Shown here piece by piece: positions 35,801 to 49,950 of a DNA stretch of 64,000 nt (positions within the stretch are counted from its first letter, which is position 1; the number at the start of each line of letters is the position of its first letter). This DNA comes from Malacoraja senta (Eukaryota). The DNA lies in NCBI GenBank assembly GCA_038087875.1, contig CM075989.1:620001-684000 (forward strand), given 5' to 3'. Under the pieces are notes generated by a model. The model was not told the origin of the DNA and ran no database searches. It saw nothing but the letters and a program-made list of their open reading frames with translations. Position numbers and translations under genes: made by a program.

Positions 35801-38800
35801 TTTCTCTATACGCAGATGATGTACTAATTTACATTACAAAACCAGAAATTAGTATTCCAAACTTATTAAAGCTAATAACCCAATTTGGTTCACTCTCAGG
35901 ATACAGAATAAATTGGAATAAAAGTGAAATTATGCCAATAAGGGAACACAACAAACATATAATACAACAATTTCCATTTAAAATAGTAAACGAAAAAATT
36001 CAAATACCTAGGCATTTACGTAACTAAGATATGTACATCATTATTTAAAACAAATTTCCCCCCATTACTGAACAAACTACATAAGAATATTCAATATTGG
36101 AAAACACTTCCTATCTCAATGGTTGGCAAAATTAATGCAATAAAAATGATTTTTTACCGCAAATATTATACCTTTTTCAGACAATTCCGATATATTTGTC
36201 AAAAAACTTTTTTTTTAAATTGGATTCCATTGTTAATGATTTTATCTGGGATTATAAGAATCATAGATAAACAAAAGACATTTGTGTAAATCAAAAATAA
36301 ATGGAGGCTTGGTTTTACCAAACTTTCTGTTTTATTTTTGGGGCAGTTAATATTAAAAATATGAATTTCTGGTTGGAAGAAATAGATCAACAACCAGATT
36401 GGTTAAAAATGGAAAAGGAAGATTGTTTGCCTTTTGATATCGGCTCGATATTATTTGCTACGTCTAAATTAAACAAAAAAATGTATATGGAAAACCCTAT
36501 AATATTTAGAGCTATACGAATTTGGAAACAATTAAAAAAGACATTAAAATTAGATAATTTATCACTTTTTCTTCCAATTGTGAATAACCCTTTGTTTAAG
36601 CCCTCATGGTTGGATGCGGGTTTTACACAATGGAAGAATTATGGAATTAAAAATATGGGACAGCTTTACAAGAAGGCACTTTTCTTACATTTCAGGAGTT
36701 GCAACAGACTTATGGACTTCGAGGAAATGATTTTTTCAGATATCTTCAACTCAGAGATTATGTAAAATCGAATACTCAAAATTTTCGAATTAGAAATTCA
36801 GAAATTCTTGATGAATGTTGGAATAAACATCCTAATACAGAAAAATTGATATCTTATATATATAATATTTTATTAGACAGTGACATTCCATCGACAGACT
36901 TACACAGACAAACATGGGAAAAAGAATTAAATCAAATAATAACGAAAGATACTTGGGTATAAGTTTACAACACAATTCTGGGTAAATATTTTCAGTATAA
37001 TATCTAAAGTGACCAGCACACAATTGGACCGGATCCAAAATTAATAATACTCGGAACATTAGAATTAAATCAAACATTTACAACAACACAAAGAAACTTT
37101 ATTGATTATAGTATAATAACGGGAAAAAAATTAATTCTAAAATTTTGGAAAGGCCCTATAACGCCCACAATCAAAATGTGGATTATAGAAATGACGGAGA
37201 CCTTAAACGTGGAAAGAATCAGATTTTCCCTGTTGGACAAACAGGAATTATTCGTTGGAACATGGTCTCCCTTTATTGATTATTTAAAGGGTCAGAATGG
37301 TTCAGCACAAGAACCTGACTAACACTCGGGCTAAAGATGAAATGTTATACGCTGAAATGTACGAATATATCTTGAACAAAGTTTTTTATCTTAATACATT
37401 TTTCTATTCTTCTTTAACTATCTTTTCTGTTTTCTTTTTTTTTTTTTTTTTTTTTTTTTCTTTCTCTCTCTTTTCTTCTCTCTCTTTTCTTTCTTTACTT
37501 CATCTATCTTTTTAGTTCTATCTAGTTTAAAAAAAAAACAAAAAAAAAGGCAAAAGGTATTGGAGACAATGTAATAATAATTGACAATATTATCAATTTA
37601 AAAATGCAAGACTGGTAATGATGTTAATATGTTACGTACTTATCTCCAATAAAAAATATTTTCAAAACCCCCCCCAAAAAAACCAAGTGTAAATATTACC
37701 AACTTGTATCCGTGACAGGAGGCATCATATATATGGCTCCATCTTCATCCTTCATACCTCCGAATGGGAGGACTTATAGAAACATAGAAACATAGAAAAT
37801 AGGTGCAGGAGTAGGCCATTCGGCCCTTCGAGCCTGCACCGCCATTCAATATGATCATGGCTGATCATCCAACTCAGTATCCTGTACCTGCTTTCCCTCC
37901 ATACCCCCTGATCCCTTTAGCCACAAGGGCCACATCTAACTCCCTCTTAAATATAGCCAATGAAATGGCCTCCTGATGCAACCTGAACCAGGAGCTGCCT
38001 CAACCAGCTTCATCCTTCCGACATCCAAATGGGAGGACTTATGCAACCTGACCCAGGAGCTGCCTCAGGCATGTGTGCATGTATTTTAGCACCATCTCCA
38101 TCACTACGTTCGATCGAGTGGGAGGAATTGCAACCCTGAAACAGGTGTCGCTTCAGGCCCATGTGCACTTCTGTAGCACCCTCTACCACTCCGCTCACTT
38201 GAGTGGGAGGAAATTTGCAACCCTGAACCAGGAGCTGCTGCCTGACATGCCTTAGAATGGAGCGTTCTTGACTGCGATGAGTCGCAATCTTGTCTGACAT
38301 AGATGCCCAAGACTTGGCACTCACTCCGAGTTGGGGTTTGTCAGGTTGCTTCCTTCAGCACCCGCCAGGGCTAGTTATGCAAATTGATGCTCTGTTGGTA
38401 TCTTCATTTACCAAACAGGCTGCACGTGCTGGTGACTCCGAGTCCTGCTCCTTTCCGAAGCCAATGCAGTTTACAGGGAAGGACTGGAGCGCCTCTGGCC
38501 CCCGTATGCCAGACATAGTGTGAGAAATGCTGGAAAAAAACCTGCCAGTTATTTGTCATGGGCACAGACGTTTACACACACGAAGACGCCCACCCAGTTA
38601 AATCAAAGATTTGATTACTTTATTGATATGAATAAACTCGGCGTCTTGGGGAAGAATCTTCCACAGTCCCTTTAATGAGCGGAATTACCATGACACCACT
38701 ATGTGTAGATTGCACAGGGCTTTCCAGGCAAGGGATCTAGATTGCCATGGCAGGTCTCATTCCACTGGCATGATGATACATGTATGATACCAAGAACAAA

Positions 38801-39395
38801 ACCCCTGAACTGAAACAATTAATCATAGGATTCCAGCATAATGGTGCTTACCCTGTATAGCCATATACTTGAAATAATACACTATAACTGCTACTGCCAT
38901 GGAGGCGTAGGGGTGTTCATGCCGTTAGTAATGTTCATGAATGGTAGCATGTGCCATGGACATTCCTCCAAGGTTGGGGTCAGTCACACACTGACCCACG
39001 CACGCCTCTCCACCAAGAGGGAGATCTGTGAGCAGTCCTGTACACAGGTGCTGCCGTAAGCCTCCGTGGACCTTGTGCTGATATGGCCCTATTTTATTGG
39101 ACCATATCAGGCTGGGTAAGACGTCTGAGGACGTACCCTAGAATGTCGGAGGGGAACTCTCCTGGCCGGGCTCGTCCACCGGCAGTGACTGGAAAAGGCG
39201 AATTCGACCGCCGCCCGCTACCCGCATTCCCCGGTCTCCGTAGCGGGTTCCCCACGGTCCGTGGGCGGGAATCCCTGTGGTCCGTGACTGGGGTTCCGGA
39301 TCTCCCGCAGCCCGTCCGGACTTCGCCCCGAAATTTAGCAGGACCCGAGGGGTAAAACAATTGAAAAGGAGAGGCAAAGCACAGGCAGATTTTAC
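32869..39395 (-). mobile_element. Second, older DIRS1-like element, interrupted by L1 and CR1; left terminus not found
   Basis: Right terminus at 32869-32970 and ICR at about 33090-33186 match element 1. YR relic KGIFNSKPPRRRYAEIWDV; MTase relic MFASRLNHQL...AFSLHWEG. The extent beyond 37700 is inferred. Confidence 0.78.
35788..37685 (+). mobile_element. 5'-truncated L1 LINE
   Basis: NKISLYADDVLIYI...FGSLSGYRINWNKSEIMP; AT-rich; aataaa at about 37648 then an A-rich tail. Confidence 0.88.
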
Positions 39396-39399
39396 TTAG

Positions 39400-42300
39400 A
39401 GCTCCCGTGGATTTTGAAACAACAGCAACAAAGAGAAGCAGGAGAAAGCACTGATTGACTCTAGCCCGAGTGGGAGGAGAGTTAGAGGTGTCAGAGGGGG
39501 AAAACAGTTTAAAACTGAGGAATTTGGTTTGTTAATTGGTAAATTAGGCAATTTAACAGTCAATATAAGCAGGACGGCTCTAAGGGAGCAGCCTTGTGAG
39601 GGAAGTACCCTGTGGGAAAAGTGCAAGTCTTTGGCTCGAGAGTCTTCGGGGAGGAGGCTGAGGAGAGGAGGCTACACGAAACACTGGAGAAGGAGAGACG
39701 AAAGAAGGAGATGTCAAGCAAGCTGATTCAGTGTGATGCTTGCAGTATGTGGGAGGTCAAGGACACCGCTGGTGCCTCTGGCTGCTACAAATGTGAGAAG
39801 TGCATCCACGTACAGCTCCTGGAGGACCGTGTTGGGGAACTGGAGAAGCAAGTGGATGACCTCAGGTTCGTCGTTCCTCGACAAGTCCTACAGTAAGATT
39901 GTTACACCTAAGGTACTGGAAGGGAGAAGGTGGGTGATGGTGAGAAAGGGAGGGAAACATGGAATGCAAACATCCCCGGGTGTTATACCTCTTGTGAAGA
40001 GGTTCACCCACTTCGAAGCTGTCGGGACAGAAGACGTTATCACACTGAGCGGCGGAATGCTTATGATGCAAAAAGGGCTGTTGAGCCAAAACCAAAGAGG
40101 CCAACGTCAGGCAACGCCATTGTAGTTGGGAGACTCCATTGTGAGAGGTACGGACAGGGGTTTCTGCGGCAATAGACAGGATTCGAGAATGGTGTGCTGC
40201 CTTCCTGGTGCCAGTATCCTGGATGTCACGGACAGAGTGCAGAAAATCCTCAAGGGCGAAGGTGAACAGCCGGAAGTGGTAGTGCATGTCGGCACAAATG
40301 ATGTCGGAAAGAAGGGGATGAATATTCTGCAGCTTGACTTTAGAGAGCTCGGAAAAATGTTGAAAAGCAGGACATCCAGGGGTGTTATCTTCGGATTGCT
40401 TCCAGTTCCTCGTGCTGGCGAGAGCAGGAACAGGGAGATACGGGACCTAAATGTGTGACTGAGGAACTGGTGCAGGGAGCAGGGATTTAGATTCTTAGAT
40501 CACTGGGATCTGTTTTGGAGTAAGGGGGAACTGTACGAAAGCGACGGATTGCATCTTAACAGGTGGGGGACCAGCATTCTGGCAGGCAGGTTTGCCACTT
40601 CTACACAGGTGGTTTAAAACTGAATAAGGGGGGGGTGGGGTGTCAAATGGGATAGTCGAGGATGGAGTTAAAGGGAAAGAGCGTAAAGGGATGGTTAATG
40701 ACCCCATAATTAATGGGAAAGGAAGCTGACAAAGGGATAGGAGAATATGGCCAAGTGTAATAGGGATCGATGTGAAAGGTGAGATGCGTAAGGAATTAAA
40801 AGTATTGTATATGAATGGGCGAAGTATAAGAAGTAAAGTAGATGAGCTTGAGGCTCAGTTAGAGGTTGTAGGGATTACTGAGATGTGGCTGCAGGAGGAT
40901 CGGGCCTGGGAACTTAATATTCAGGGTTATACATCCTATAGAAAGGACAGGCAGGTGGGCAAAGGAGGGGAGGGGGGTAGCTCTGCTGGTGAGGGATGCA
41001 ATTCAGTCCCTTGCGAGGGAAGACATAGGGACTGTCGAGGTAGAGTCACTGTGGATTGAGTTGAGGAATTGTAAAGGCAAGAAGACACTAATTGGTGTTA
41101 TTTACAGATCCCCAAATAGTAGCCCGGATGTATGGTGTAAATTGCAGCAGGAGTTAAAACTGGAATGTAACAAAGGTAATGCCGCTGTGGTGATGGGGGA
41201 TTTCAATATGCAGGTAGACTGGGAAAATCAGGTTGGTTCAGGACCCCAAGAAAGAGAGTTTGTAGAGTGCCTCCGAGATGGATACTTAGAGCAGCTTGTA
41301 ATGGAGCCGACCAGAGAAAAGGCAATTCTGATTTAGTGTTGTCCAATGAACCAGATATGATAAGAGAACTCGAGGTAAAGGGACCACTTGGCGGTAGTGA
41401 TCATAATATGATTAATTTTAATCTGCAATTTGAGAAGGAGAACGTTTAATCGGAAGTGTCAGTGATGCAGTTGAATAAAGGGGACTATGAAGGCATCAGA
41501 GGGGAGCTGGCCATGGTAGACTGGAAAGGGATCCTACCAGGAATGACGGTGGAATAGCAATTTCAGGAATTTCAGCAACAGCAGGAATTTCTGGGCATAA
41601 TCCGGAAGATGCAGGATCATTTCATTCCAAAAAGGAAGAGAGATTTTAAGGGGAGTAGGAGGCAAGCGTGGCTGACAAGAGAAGTTAGGGATAGAATAAA
41701 ACTAAAAGAAAAGATGTATAACACAGCAAAGTATAGCCGGAAGCCAGAGGATTGGGAAACTTTCATAGGACAACAGAAGGAAACAAAACGGGCAATACGG
41801 GCTGAAAAGATGAAGTACGAAGCGAAGCTGGCCAGGAATATAAAGAAGGACAGTAAAAGCTTCTTTAGATATGTTAAGGGAAAAAGAGTAGCAAAGTCAA
41901 ATGTGGGTCCCTTGAAGGCAGACACAGGTGAAATTATTATGGGCAACAAGGAAATTGCAGAAGTTGAATAGGTACTTTGGATCTGTCTTCACTAAGGAAG
42001 ACACAAACAATCACCCAGATGTACTGGAGGACAGAGGATCTAAGGGGGTAGAGGAACTGAAATAAATTTTCATTAGGCGAGAAATAGTATTGGGTAGGCT
42101 AATGGGATTGAAGGATGATAAATCCCCTTGATCTGATTGTCTGCATCCCAGGGTCCTCAGGGAGGTGGCTCTAGAAATAGTGGACGCATTGGTGATCATT
42201 TTCCAATGTTCTATAGATTCAGGATCAGTTCCTGTGGATTGGAGGATAACTAATGTTGTCTCACTTTTCAAGAAAGGAGCGAGAGAGAAAACGGGGAATT

Positions 42301-43709
42301 ACAGACCAGTTAGCCTGACTTCGGTGGTGGGAAAGATGCTGGAGTCAATTATTAAAGAGGTAATAATGGGGCATTTTGGATAGCGGTAAAAGGATTAGTC
42401 CAAGTCAACATGGATTTATGAAAGGGAAATCATGCTTGACTAATCTTCTGGAATTTTTTGAGGATGTGACAAGTAAAATGGATGAAGGGGTGCCAGTGGA
42501 TGTAGTATATCTAGACTTTCAGAAAGCCTTTCATAAGGTCCCGCACGGGAGACTGGTGACTAAAATTAGAGCACATGGTATTGGGGTTAGGGTGTTAACA
42601 TGGATAGAAAATTGGTTTGCAGACCGGAAGCAAAGAGTAGGAGTGAACGGGTCCTTTCCAGAATGGCAGGCAGTGGCGAGTGGAGTGCCGCAAGGCTCGG
42701 TGTTGGGGCCACAACTGTTTACCATATATATTAATGATTTGGAAGAGGGAATTAGGAGCAACACTAGCAAGTTTGCGGATGACACAAAGCTGGGTGGCAG
42801 TGTGAACTGTGAAGAGGATGTTAGGAGGTTGCAGGTTGACCTGGACAGGTTGAGTGAGTGGGCAGATGTGTGGCAGATGCAGTATAATATAGATAAATGT
42901 GAAGTTATCCACTTTGGCGGCAAAAACAAGGGGGCAGATTATCATCTCAATGGGGTTAGGTTAGTTAAGGGGGAGGTGCAGCGAGACCTGGGCATCCTTG
43001 TACACCGGTCACTGAAAGTTGGCTTACAGGTACAGCAGGCAGTGAAGAAAGCTAATGGAATGTTGGCCTTCATAACAAGAGGATATCAGCATAGGAGTAA
43101 AGAGGTTCTTCTGCAGTTGTATAGGGCTCTGGTGAGACCACAACTGGAGTATTGTGTGCAGTTTTGGTTCCCTAATTGGAGGAAGGACATCCTTGAGATT
43201 GAGGCAGTGCAGCGTAAATTCACGAGATTGATCCGTGGGATGGCGGGACTGTCATATGAGGAAAGATTGAAAAGACTAGGCTTGTATTCACTGGAGTATA
43301 GAAGGATGAGAGGGTATCTTATAGAAACATTTCAATTGTAAAAGAACTGGACAAGCTAGATGCAGGAAAAATGTTCCCAATTTGGGCGAGTCCAGAACCA
43401 GGGGCCACAGTCTTAGAATAAAGGGGAGGTCATTTAAGACTGAGGTGAGAAAAAACGTTTTCACCCAGAGAGTTGTGAATTTATGGAATTCCCTGCCACA
43501 GAGTGCATTGGAGGCCAAGTCACTGGATGGATTTAAGAGAGAGTTAAATAGAGCTCTAGGGGCTAGTGGAGTCAAGGGATATGAGGAGAAGGCAGGCACG
43601 GGTTATTGATAGGGGACGATCAGCCATGATCACAATGAATGGTGGTGCGGTCTCGAAGGGCCGAATGGCCTCCTCCTGCACCTATTTTCTATGTTTCTAT
43701 GCTTCTATG
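39400..43709 (+). mobile_element. Near full-length CR1 LINE (ORF1 zinc finger plus SGNH esterase; ORF2 APE-RT), disrupted
   Basis: CDAC..CEKC, GDSIVRG, VHVGTND, DGLHLN; ORF2 fragments 40772-43609; tail tttctatg. Confidence 0.92.
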
Positions 43710-45140
43710 ACTTGGACAGGTTGGGTGAATGGGCAGATGCATGGCAGATGCAGTTTAATGTGGATAAATGTGCGGATATCCAGTTTGGTAGCAAAAATAG
43801 GAAGGCAGATTACTATCTACATGGTGTCAAGTTGGGAAAAGGGGAAGTACAATGGGATCTGGGGGTCCTTGTTCATCAGTCAATGAAAGTAAGCATGCAG
43901 GTACAGCAGGCAGTGAAGAAAGCGAATGGCAGGTTAGCCTTTATATCCTTTAGGATCATTGGTGCCCCACTCCCTTTCCTGTTGGAGGTCTACCAGAAGC
44001 ACTGCATCCGCAAAGCCATCTCTATCATTAAGGACCCTTACCACCCATCCCACCACATTTTCTCCATTCTGCAATCTGGGAAGAGGTACAGGAGTATCAG
44101 CTGCAGAACCAGGTACAGGAGTATCAGCTGAAGAACATGCTAAACAGCTTCTTCCCACAAGCAATAAGAATGGTTAACGGACTGTGTCCCCTCCCCTCCC
44201 CATACACATACACCCCACATCTAACCTCGCCCAAACCTTGACAGCTAGACACCTGTCAAGGTAAAGTCACTAGGTACACAAAAATGCTGGAGAAACTCAG
44301 CGGGTGCAGCAGCATCTATGGAGCGAAGGAAAGTCACTGTTCGGTTTGAATGTCTGTTTTTAGTTCAATTTGTGGTCTATGTTAGATATGATAATTTTAA
44401 AGTTGTATGTATTTATTTCTGTTTTTATTAATTGCACTGACAAAAACTGATGAGGAACAATTTTTTGCTTCTTCTGTGTATGCAAGTACTCGGTGAAAGG
44501 ACAATAAAGTTAATACTGAATACTGAATACTTTATAGCAAGAGGAGTTGTGTATATGAGCAAAGAGGTCCTTCTGCAGTTGTATGGGGCCCAAGTGAGAC
44601 CACACCTGGAGTATTGTGTGCAGTTTTGGTCCTCTAATTTGAGGAAGGACATTCTTGCTATTGAGGGAGTGCAAAAGGTTAATTCCCGGGATGGCGGGAC
44701 TGTCTTATGCTGAGAGAATGGAGTGGCTGGGCTTGTATACTCTGGAGTTTAGAAGGATGAAAGGAGATCTTATTGAAACATATAAGATTATTAAGGGTTT
44801 GGACACGCTAGAGGCAGGAAACATGTTCCCGATGTTGGGGGAGACCAGAACAAGGGGCCACAGTTTAAGAATAAGGGGTAAGCCATTTAGAACTGAGACG
44901 AGGAAACACTTTTTCTCACAGAGAGTTGTGAGTCTGTGGAATACTCTGCCTCAGAGGGCGGTGGAGGCCGGTTCTCTGGATATTTTCAAGAGAGCTAGAT
45001 AGGGCTCTGAAAGATTATGGAGTCAGTGGATAGGGGGAGAAGGCAGAAAGGGTACAGATTGGGTATGATCAGCCATGATCACATTGAATGGAGGTGCTGG
45101 CTCGAAGGGCCGAATGACCTACTCCTGCACCTATTGTCAT
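43709..45140 (+). mobile_element. CR1 3' fragment split by a Rex1-like insertion
   Basis: RT peptide ...NGRLAFI stops at about 43945 and resumes FIARGV at about 44530. Confidence 0.8.
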
Positions 45141-48048
45141 CACACAAAAATTGGGCAAAACAATCAAGACTTTATTCAAGAGCATCAAATACAGTGATCA
45201 CTGGGTGCAATCTAGGAGATTGCTCAACGAACAATGATTCATCTGCTCCTCATACACAGACTTTCCTTTTGATCTTCTGTTTATCATAGCAAGCACTTGA
45301 GAAGTTTTCCTTCTTCCGAATGGTCTTATAACAAATATACATCGTCCACCTCCAAAAGACAGAGCAGCGTAAACACAGCCCAATTCCACACCATCACAGA
45401 TAAGCAAATGTCTTGTTACCTGTTTCACCTTATTTTATTGTTTTACGATTGCCATTTGTCCTTTGACAACAGTGAACAGAATCTGACTAAAGTAAACTGC
45501 AGTGAGTGTCGGCTACGCATGCTCAGTTTCAACCTTCTTTAAAGCACTGAATTATTAAAATGATGAAAGGACTTTAAACATTTTAAGCTCTACCTATCCC
45601 TATCCCTTTCTGTCTTCTTGAAGCTTTGTAAATGTATCTTTGTCAACCTGTTTGCGTGCTCTGCTCAGATGGAAGTGATCTGTGAAACAAAAAGTTTGTG
45701 GCTTTTTGACAAATTGGCAGCTGCTGTTCTAAATAAAGAAAAAGTAACCTCAAGCCCAAAGCCACCTCACCCATTTCCTGCACCACACCAAGACTCACAT
45801 CCCACAGACTCATGACTCGTGTTGCGCTTCCCCTGGACACTCAGTCAGTCCCCTCAAGTATCTCAGCCTGACCGACCGCAGCTGAGAGGAGAAGCTGGTT
45901 GCCTGTGATCCTGATCAACCCCACACCTTCCTGGGTGAGGACTGGACATTGTGAACAACACTGTCCTTGTTCAGAAAGGAATGAGGGACTTGACAACAGG
46001 TACAGCACAACGGTAAGAATATTGAATTCTTCAGTTGCAAGTAATACATCCTGCCCCTCTCCTCTTTTCCCCAGCCCCCAAATAATCCTGCTGTGCACAT
46101 ATTTCTACAACCATCTCCCATCACCCTGCTCACTCTGCTTCTTTCCCCTCCTCCCTTTGCTCATATCCTATCCCTCAGTCCAATATTTCCCCTTTATCCC
46201 CCTTCTTTCCCCTCTCCCTGTCCTTTCCACCCATATCCCTCGCTCCAGCTTCATATTTCACTCCTCATCTGGGCTGCTCCAAAAGATTAAGAAGCACAGG
46301 ATCCATGTTGAAGGTGGACATAAAATGCTGGAGTAACTCAGCGAGACGGCCAGCATCTCTGGAGAGAAAGAATGGGTGACTTTTCAGGTCAAGACCCGTC
46401 TTCAGACTAGTCTGAAGAACTAGTCTGAAGAAGGGTCTCAACCCAAAACATTGTCTAGGCTGAGTTACTACAGCATTTTGTGTCTATCTTCAGTTTAAAT
46501 CTGCACCTGCAGTTCCTTCCTACACATGTTTAGCTTTAGAACTAACATACTCATAGAAGACAGAGGTTTGTAGTGGAAGGGTATTATTCTAATTGGAAGT
46601 CTGTGACCAGTATAGTTCCACAGGGATCTGTGCTGGGACATCTGTTGTTTCAGATATATATATATATATATGAACAAGTCAAAAGTAAATGTAGATGGGT
46701 TACTTAGCAAATTTGCAGACACCACCAAGATTGCTGGTTGCGAACTTTGAGGAAGGCTGTCTAAGGATACAGATCAGCGACAGCAATGGGTGGAGAAATG
46801 GCAGATGGAATTTAATGCCAGCAAATGTGAGGTGTTGCACTTTGGGAGGTCAAATGCAAGGGGCAAATATACAATTAATGGAAAGACATTTAACTCTATT
46901 TATGTACGAAGGAATCATGGGTTAAAAGTCCACAACCTGTAAGTAACACAAGATAGAGTAGTGAATAAGGCTTGCCTTCATTGTTCGGGGTTCGGAGGAT
47001 AATTTAAAAAAAAAAAAAAGCTTTATAGGCTGCATTTGGAGGAATAATTGCCCCCATTGTGAGAAGGATGTACAGGCTTTGGAGAGGGCGAGGACAAGGT
47101 TTACCAGAACCCATTGATTATTGGAGCCCCTCCTCTGGGTCTTCCCTTTGTTCTCGATGGTCCACCTCGCTCTAAGTTCCCTCCTCACTCTTGGTGACGC
47201 GGGTTCCATCGACACAGGTGGCTCAGGACCAAGTTCAGTGGAGAGCCAGGTCTACCGGTGGGTCCTCCATTCTTGATCTGTGGCGGGTGATTCTCAGTCC
47301 TCTGACTGCGGTGAGCATGAGCTCAGTCCACGGTGGGCGTCTCCTCCAATGTCGTGGTGGTGAGCCGGGCTTCCTTGCCGGGATCCTCCCACTGCGCTGC
47401 TTGCCGGGACCCATCCAGAACCGTGATCTTTCTGCTCCCTCCACAAATGCTGCCTGACCCACTGAGTTCTTCCAGCACTTTGTTGTTTTAACCCAAGATT
47501 CCAGCTCGTGCTGTGTCCTGTATTTCTGTGATAATTTCTAAACTCGTTATTCCTGCCAGGTTTCCAGGGTTTGAGCAGTGGGGACAACTCCGTCAAGGGG
47601 TGGGTCTGGGGATTGCTGTCGAAGCCATTCTGTAAGTGCAGGGGTCACTGAACATAAGTTCATAAGTCACATGAGCAAATTGGCCATTCGGCCCATCGAG
47701 CCTACTCCACCATTCAATCATAGCTGATCTATCTTTCCCTCTCAACCCCATTCTCCTGACTTCTCCCCGTAACCCCAGACACCGTACTAATCAAGAATTT
47801 GTCAATCTCCAGGATAGAATGTACAGAAGACTAGGGGAGGCCCTGGCCTGACCCAGGATACTGCGCTGGGGGCCGGCTTGCAGAGGGAGACTATACCTGG
47901 GACAACTTTGGAGGGACAATGGTGTCCAAGCACAGACAGCAGCAGTTTTGGGTCGGGGGAAGATCAGCCCCACTGTCCAGCAGCAGTTGGAATCTCTCGA
48001 GACCTGCTGGGCAGGTGGAGAGATATCATTAACTATTCTCTTTTCCAG

Positions 48049-48130
48049 ACCTGGAGAGTGGGAAACTGACGGGATATGTGGGATCGGACAATGATGGTGA
48101 AATCGTACTTTTTCCTGTCACTTCTCCAAG
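48049..48130 (+). CDS. Probable leader (signal peptide) exon of Siglec-like copy 2, ATG at 48076 or 48091
   Basis: ttctcttttccag| acceptor; MWDRTMMVKSYFFLSLLQ(G); phase-1 donor G|gtacca. Confidence 0.55.
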
Positions 48131-49470
48131 GTACCATCAGCAACAGCCTGCATGTGTTTATGGCCGACTGTCTGTACATTCTCATGATGGGGAATAACCT
48201 CCATCACTGCCACAACCCTCACTCTCTCTGTACCCCTAAGCTTTGCCCATTTGCTCCCTTCCTACCCACGTGCCTGTCCAAATGTCTTTTAAATGTTGTT
48301 ATTGTACCGGCCTCAACCACTTCCTCTCACAGCTCGTCATATATACCCTCCACGTTTGTGTGAAAAATCTGTCCCTCGGGTCCCCTTTAAATCTTTCCCA
48401 ACTCGCCTTAAACCTGTGGCCTTTAGTTTGAGACTCCCTACAACGGGAGGGGATGTAAAACCTGTCTCTGGTAAGAACAACCTGCTTTCAGCTGGTGCTT
48501 GCTGTATCTGTCACTGCACTCCACCCACCACCGTTCTCACAGGCTGCCAGAGAGACCTTGAGGTCTTCCCCTGGGTCAGTGCATGCGAGTTGCAGCAGCT
48601 GACCCTCAGTAAGAGAGTCAGTTCATGTGCAGTTCACGTTTTCAGAGGCAGAAAAGCACGAGAAGATATTCACACACTTTAGTGTGAACCTCGTAGTGGA
48701 AAGCGATAGGCTGAGAGTTCCAGTCCTCATCGTTAATCCAGATTCCATCTGAAACACGCTATCAAGGGTGGTGGTGGGGAAGATATGATTGTGGCAGTTA
48801 AAAGACTTTTGGATAGGCACATGGTTATGCAGGGAACGGAGGGATATAGATTACGTGCAGGCAGATCGAGTTAGACTCGCCAGCATGTTGGCAGAGACAT
48901 TGTGCACCAAGGGGCCTGGTGTTGTGCTGCATTGTTCTATGTTCTATGTATTCCCCACTTGCCAACTCCCGCAGCACAATATGTAGTGAGGGACATGGAT
49001 AAAGTGAGTGTTCACAGTCTTTGCCCCAGGGTAGACAATGCTCAAACTAGAAGGCTTCAGTTTAAGGTGAGAGGGGAGAGATTTAAAAAAAGACCTCGGG
49101 GGGATCTTTTTCACCCAGACAGTAGTCCACATCTGGAATGAGATGCCAGAGGAACAAAAGGAAGTGGATACAATTACACCTTTAAAATACATTTGGACAT
49201 AAACATGGATAGGAAGCATATGGAGGTATAGGGGCCAAACGTAGGCAAATGACATTAGCGTGGAATACCACTATTATCAGCATGGACAAGGTGGGCTGAA
49301 GGGCCTGCTTCCATACTGTGTAGCTACACGACTACACAATCTGATGAATTTGCACCTTATTCACCACCCCAAACCCACCCTGCCTCTCTGCCCAAATACA
49401 TTGAAAAAGCAGCCGTGTGTAGCAAAGATCCAGTAACCACTATAGCATTTCTCTTTGGTTGCTGCTACTG

Positions 49471-49950
49471 ATACATAGAAACATAGGAACATAGAAAATA
49501 GGTGCAGGATTAGGCCATTCGGCCCTTCGAGCCTGCACCGCCATTCAATATGATCATGGCTGATCATCCAACTCAGTATCGTGTACCTGCCTTCTCTCCA
49601 TACCCCCTGATCCCTTTAGCCACAAGGGCCACATCTAACTCCCTCTTAAATATAGCCAATGAACTGGCCTCAACTACTTTCTGTGGCAGAGAATTCCACA
49701 GATTCACCACTCTCTGTGTGAAAAATGTTTTTCTCATCTCGGTCCTAAAGGACTTCCCCCTTATCCTTAAACTGTGACCCCTTGTTCTGGACTTCCCCAA
49801 CATCGGGAACAATCTTCTTGCATCTCGCCTGTCCAACCCCTTAAAAATGTTGTAAGTTTCTATAAGATCCCCCTTCAATTTACTAAATTTTAGCGAGTAC
49901 AAGCCGAGTCTATCCAGTCTTTCTTCATATGAAAGTCCTGCCATCCCAGA
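49471..49950 (-). mobile_element. CR1 3' fragment
   Basis: MAGLSYEERLDRLGLYSL...GEKAGTRY*; (catagaaa)n tail on the + strand. Confidence 0.9.

Noticed and set aside
48543..48682. Possible exon after the copy 2 leader (ctcacag|GCTGCC...)
   Set aside because: Phase-compatible, but it has no Ig pattern and runs into a stop without a convincing donor.
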